Origin: Oleiphilaceae bacterium
GTDB lineage: Bacteria > Pseudomonadota > Gammaproteobacteria > Pseudomonadales > Oleiphilaceae
Direction: 5' to 3'
Length of the DNA: 41,023 nucleotides
NCBI GenBank assembly: GCA_041591635.1
Contig: JBFHRO010000001.1
Coordinates: 1 to 41,023, forward strand
In this document: piece by piece, positions 37,369-41,023 of the stretch
How positions within the stretch are numbered: position 1 is the first letter of the stretch
Layout: each line of letters begins with the position of its first letter
Made by a program: the position numbers and the translations under genes
The notes under the pieces: generated by a model
Databases searched by the model: none
What the model was told of the DNA's origin: nothing
Seen by the model: the letters and a program-made list of their open reading frames with translations, nothing else

Positions 37369-38142
37369 ATGTCCAGGGAAAAACTGCTTCATACTAAAAC
37401 GAAAACGCCCAATGCGGCCCGACTGCAGCAACTGCTGCTTGACTACCATGTATTTCGCCATCACACCTCTGACACCAATCCAGCCCAAAAGCAGGCACTG
37501 CTTGACTGGCAAATAGAGCGCCTAAAGGCGTCTCACAGCGATCTGCACCGGCACCCACGCTATCACGAAGGGCTCAATTTCCTTCTGGAAGACCTGTATG
37601 CCCCCAAGTCTTTTGTGCAGCGCGACAACGACCTCGAGCGCGTTTTTCCGGTGATGGTGAAGCTGCTGCCGGACCATCTGCTGTACACACTGAGCCTGCT
37701 CATTGAGCTCAATCTGCTGACCCAGCGCCTCGATGATGAACTCACACTGGCGCTGTTTGGCCAGCTTGGCGTCACTCACATCACCCAGGAAAACTACGCG
37801 CAGGCCTATCGCCTGTGTAACAACGAACACCAACGACGCCATCAGATTCAGCTGATCGCCAACATCGGCAATGACCTCGACGTGTATGCGCGCAGCAAAA
37901 TGGTGAGCTTCTCACTCAAGATCACCCACGGCCCGGCCGAAATGGCAGGACTTGCCAGTCTGCATGACTTTCTTTCACGGGGCTTTCACGCCTTTCACGC
38001 CATGGGCGGCGTTGATGAACTGCTGGATATCATTGTGGCGCGCGAAACCCATATTCTAAAGAAGATCTACGCCCGCGCAGATAGTCCCTTTTCACTGCAC
38101 GACCTTCCTGATGCCGCGACCCACGATTTTACCCACAGTTAA
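37369..38142 (+). CDS. conserved hypothetical protein, resembles 'FFLEELY motif' family
   Basis: 257 aa from ATG 37369, since the ORF-track start 37288 lies inside the terminator. The NFLLEDLYAPKSFVQRDNDLERVFP region resembles proteins I recall annotated as FFLEELY-motif proteins. This is not verified. Confidence 0.55.
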   Translation: MSREKLLHTKTKTPNAARLQQLLLDYHVFRHHTSDTNPAQKQALLDWQIERLKASHSDLHRHPRYHEGLNFLLEDLYAPKSFVQRDNDLERVFPVMVKLLPDHLLYTLSLLIELNLLTQRLDDELTLALFGQLGVTHITQENYAQAYRLCNNEHQRRHQIQLIANIGNDLDVYARSKMVSFSLKITHGPAEMAGLASLHDFLSRGFHAFHAMGGVDELLDIIVARETHILKKIYARADSPFSLHDLPDAATHDFTHS

Positions 38143-38164
38143 CCCGACTTATGGCAGGCTTCCG

Positions 38165-38959
38165 ATGACAACGCGAGTCACCCTTGAAATACAAGACACC
38201 ATTGCTTTTGTAACTCTCAACCGCCCCGAAAAACTCAACGCCCTCGATATGCCCATGTTTGAGGGCATTCGCGACACCATCAAGCTGCTGCGCAAAAACA
38301 AGGAAGTGCGAGCCGTTATTGTCAAAGGCGAAGGCAAGGCGTTCTGCTCCGGACTTGACGTTAAAAGCATCATGTCATCGCCACTGGCAGCCGCCAAATT
38401 GCTGTTCAAACCGGGGCGAAAGATCTCCAATCTCGCACAGGATGTCGCTTACCAGTGGCGATCACTGCCAGTGCCTGTTATTGCTGTTACTCACGGCAAG
38501 TGCTGGGGGGGAGGCTTTCAGATTGCACTGGGGGCGGACTTTCGTTACACCACACCCGATTGCGAGTTTTCCATTCTGGAAATGAAGTGGGGGCTGATTC
38601 CCGACATGAGCGGCAGTATCACGTTGCGCGAACTGATTCCGATTGACCTTGCCAAAGAACTCACCATGACAGCGCGCATTTTTCAGGGTCAAGAAGCCAA
38701 AACCCTGGGGCTGGTGACTCATTGCATGGACAATCCGCTGGAAGCGGCCGTGGCTTTTGCCCAATCGCTGCAACAACGATCGCCGGACGCCATCGCCTGC
38801 GCCAAACAGCTGTTTAATAACACCTGGACCGCGGATGACAAGACGGCGCTGAAATGGGAAACACGCCTGCAATTAAAACTGGTGGGGCGCGCCAACCAAC
38901 GTATCGCGGTTGCCAACAGCACCGGCAAGAACAAGCCCTACAAGCCTCGATCTTGCTGA
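38165..38959 (+). CDS. enoyl-CoA hydratase/isomerase (crotonase) family protein
   Basis: IAFVTLNRPEKLNAL, FCSGLDVK and GKCWGGGFQIALGADFR oxyanion-hole motifs. It starts 22 nt after the preceding stop. Confidence 0.88.
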   Translation: MTTRVTLEIQDTIAFVTLNRPEKLNALDMPMFEGIRDTIKLLRKNKEVRAVIVKGEGKAFCSGLDVKSIMSSPLAAAKLLFKPGRKISNLAQDVAYQWRSLPVPVIAVTHGKCWGGGFQIALGADFRYTTPDCEFSILEMKWGLIPDMSGSITLRELIPIDLAKELTMTARIFQGQEAKTLGLVTHCMDNPLEAAVAFAQSLQQRSPDAIACAKQLFNNTWTADDKTALKWETRLQLKLVGRANQRIAVANSTGKNKPYKPRSC

Positions 38960-38979
38960 AATGCTACTTTAAGGAGATC

Positions 38980-39324
38980 TCAGGTCGCGGCCGTGAGGTA
39001 GTCGATGTTGCGACCAACCACCTGTGAACAGGACTGGATGTAACCAACGATTTCCTTTTCAGAATTCACATCGTGCAGGTATTCGGCAAATTCAGAGCCG
39101 CGCTGAAAACTCAGAGCGACCGAGCGCTTGTCCTTCTCATGCAACATTACCTGACTGGCCAGGCGATTGCCGGTCGCCTGAAGTGAATTCTGCCCCGTCA
39201 GCGTACCGTAAACGTTAAAAAACCCGCCGCACTCCGCCATCATCATGATGTCCGCCGTGGATGCGGCCGGAGCGGCCACAGCCACCGACATGGCACACGC
39301 ACCGAGGAAAAGTCTCATTTTCAT
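38980..39324 (-). CDS. hypothetical secreted/periplasmic small protein
   Basis: Signal-peptide-like N-terminus MKMRLFLGACAMSVAVAAPAAS. A purine-rich RBS lies upstream. I do not recognise the family. Confidence 0.55.
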   Translation of the reverse strand: MKMRLFLGACAMSVAVAAPAASTADIMMMAECGGFFNVYGTLTGQNSLQATGNRLASQVMLHEKDKRSVALSFQRGSEFAEYLHDVNSEKEIVGYIQSCSQVVGRNIDYLTAAT

Positions 39325-39412
39325 TGCAACACCCCCGCCTCAGATTAAGACTCCTCATTCAAGGCTAGCAGTGCGCGAGCGGGCCAATTGTAACTTATCG
39401 TAAAATCCTGTT

Positions 39413-40411
39413 TTAGTTTCGTTCCCTGGCCTCATCAATTCCCAGCGTCCACGCCCCCAAAGCCAGCGCAGCATCTGCCGCCATCGGACAGGCCAGCAAC
39501 GCCTGCCAGATTGACTCACTCCCTGCAAGCCGTCTGTGTGCCACCTGGCTACCTACCCGGTATAGATGTTCGAGCGCACCCGCCAGGGCGTCTCCAACCA
39601 AGGCGCTGTCATCCATGATGACATCCTCCATCCGCTCAACCAGATACTTCAACGCCGTCACCGCCGCCACCGCCTGACGTTGCATCGGCAATGCCCCGGA
39701 AAACGCAAAGTTATCGAGCGCGCGCTGCCAGTTCATCAGCGCATCTCGCACCATACCCGCAACGAGCGCCTCACGATCCTGCGCTTGCGTACACTCGGGC
39801 ACGAAAGGCCTGGCAACACCAGCCGCCAACCGATAGCCCTGCTCTGCCTTACTGACAACTCCGGGAAATACCGGCACTGCCCTTGCTATATGTCGCCCAA
39901 GCGAAAAGAGCGCCGCCGCAGGCCCCGCCAGTAACTCCAGCTCAATCTCGTGCAGTGGCTGCCTGGCCTCGCCTGCGACCACCGCCCCCGAATCGCAGGC
40001 GACTTCAATGCTTGCACCGGCAAATTCCACCAGACAGGCGGTACGGAGAAAATTAGTCTCAAAGACGGGCGCCACCTGTGACACCTCGATATCGGCAGGC
40101 CAAGGCGTTTGCGCCAGCAAACCGGCGTCCAGTTGTCGGGTCGCAATAGGCCACTCCCACTCATTACGCTGGTGCAAACCGGCAATGCTGGTTCCCCTGG
40201 TTTTCAAGGTTTGAATCAAACACCCGTTTTGGTCACGAATACGCAACGCCATTTTTCGCGCGCTCAACAAGGCGTCCGGGGTATCAAAGTAGGCATTTAT
40301 CAGCGTGAGGGTTTCCTGCTTCTGTACCGCCAGCTCCGGCACAACACGATTGGCGAACAACTCCAGCCCTGCCTGATGCGTTATTAACTTCAACTCGATT
40401 TCTTTGTGCAT
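39413..40411 (-). CDS. CYTH domain protein (YgiF-like triphosphatase fold) with atypical C-terminal region
   Basis: N-terminal EIELK (ExExK) signature, RIR, and a later EIELEL strand, as in CYTH/triphosphate tunnel metalloenzymes. Confidence 0.75.
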   Translation of the reverse strand: MHKEIELKLITHQAGLELFANRVVPELAVQKQETLTLINAYFDTPDALLSARKMALRIRDQNGCLIQTLKTRGTSIAGLHQRNEWEWPIATRQLDAGLLAQTPWPADIEVSQVAPVFETNFLRTACLVEFAGASIEVACDSGAVVAGEARQPLHEIELELLAGPAAALFSLGRHIARAVPVFPGVVSKAEQGYRLAAGVARPFVPECTQAQDREALVAGMVRDALMNWQRALDNFAFSGALPMQRQAVAAVTALKYLVERMEDVIMDDSALVGDALAGALEHLYRVGSQVAHRRLAGSESIWQALLACPMAADAALALGAWTLGIDEARERN

Positions 40412-40454
40412 AATGACGCTCTCAACCTATGGCATGCCAACCCGATGACGCACA

Positions 40455-40486
40455 AATAAAAAAACCGACCCGGAGGTCGGTTTTCT
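40455..40486 (-). terminator. Rho-independent terminator of the porin gene
   Basis: On the minus strand: AAAACCGACC-TCCG-GGTCGGTTTT followed by TTTTATTTG, about 20 nt after the porin stop. Confidence 0.85.
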
Positions 40487-40503
40487 GCGTCACAAGTTCT
40501 GAA

Positions 40504-41023
40504 TCAGAAATTGTAGGTAGCGCCCATGGCCAAGCCTTTGGTCTCACCGCTCTTGGTGGACAACTGGTTAGCTTCATCCATCCACTGGCCTTCAACGTAC
40601 ACATACATGTTGTCAGACAGGTTATGCAGCGCCTGGAGTGTCAGCACGTCTTTGTCGGTGCCAGCCTTGGCATCTTCTTCATAGTAGTGATAGGCCAGTG
40701 CCAGCTGGGTTTGGCCCATGGTGTAAGCACCGTACACGCCAAACACATCGCGGGTGTCGTTTTGGGTTTCGTACTGGAAGGCGGCAGTGATATTGTCGTC
40801 AATCTTGTAAGAAACACCCAAACCAATGGAGCTCTTGCCGTATTCGTTATTGGTGACGTCGGGATTTTCGTTGTTAGCAAACGCCAAAGACACTTTCAAC
40901 GCATCCATTTCATAGGTAGCCGCCAGAGAGAGCGCATTACGCTTCTTGGGAGCGGTGATAGAAGTTCTGCTCTCCTGACCGTTTACCTGAAGCTGGGCAG
41001 CTACAGTGAATCCGCTGAAGTTA
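40504..41023 (-). CDS. outer membrane porin (Gram-negative porin family), N-terminus beyond right edge
   Basis: Alternating beta-strand pattern, Y/G/D/N-rich, and C-terminal ...GLAMGATYNF with a terminal Phe. The reading frame stays open to the window edge. Confidence 0.75.
   Translation of the reverse strand, partial: NFSGFTVAAQLQVNGQESRTSITAPKKRNALSLAATYEMDALKVSLAFANNENPDVTNNEYGKSSIGLGVSYKIDDNITAAFQYETQNDTRDVFGVYGAYTMGQTQLALAYHYYEEDAKAGTDKDVLTLQALHNLSDNMYVYVEGQWMDEANQLSTKSGETKGLAMGATYNF

Noticed and set aside
1-41023. I looked by eye, mainly through the intergenic regions and the ORF track, for CRISPR-like spaced repeats, tRNA/rRNA genes, IS elements, integrases, long terminal inverted repeats, and defence or toxin-antitoxin gene pairs.
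   Set aside because: I found none by eye. The only exact repeat is the 2 x 18-bp tandem at 36264-36299, and no ORF resembles a transposase, integrase, nuclease-helicase or other defence-type protein. A computational repeat and tRNA scan would be needed for certainty.

Overview
GC-rich, almost fully coding chromosomal segment of about 45 genes. The gene order looks gammaproteobacterial and resembles Pseudomonas/Marinobacter-type chromosomes. From left to right: (1) a truncated late lipid A acyltransferase and an LPS core/outer-core accessory cluster (NodB deacetylase, GT4, ELM1-like, CgeB-like, GT-A-like, O-antigen-ligase-like); (2) ilvE, glnE, a 2TM K+ channel, a FATP-type acyl-CoA synthetase and a small PHA-granule-region protein; (3) ubiE-ubiJ-ubiB-hisI-hisE-tatABC-rsmE; (4) convergent ubiI-ubiH-pepP-ygfB; (5) divergent TIGR02449-zapA-6S RNA-5-formyl-THF cyclo-ligase; (6) an AT-rich gap with a small hydrophobic peptide gene, then ilvA, nhaA and gap; (7) a less conserved, lipid-themed segment: metallophosphoesterase, WS/DGAT, a 96-aa unknown, a CarS/DUF46-like cytidylyltransferase, an alpha/beta hydrolase, an FFLEELY-like protein with a crotonase, a small secreted protein and a CYTH protein; (8) a truncated porin. 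I saw no CRISPR array, tRNA/rRNA gene, transposase, integrase or recognisable defence gene. Many ORF-track entries are antisense shadow ORFs or are over-extended at the N-terminus, so I reset starts using RBS position, ATGA overlaps, terminators and family-typical N-termini. One RNA gene invisible to the ORF track is present: 6S RNA (ssrS). I do not see a compelling new multi-gene system. The best candidates for undescribed biology are the WS/DGAT - unknown - CarS-like arrangement, its long structured divergent control region with a perfect 18-bp tandem repeat, the FFLEELY-like/crotonase pair, and the AT-rich island with a small membrane peptide. All functional interpretations of these are hypotheses.
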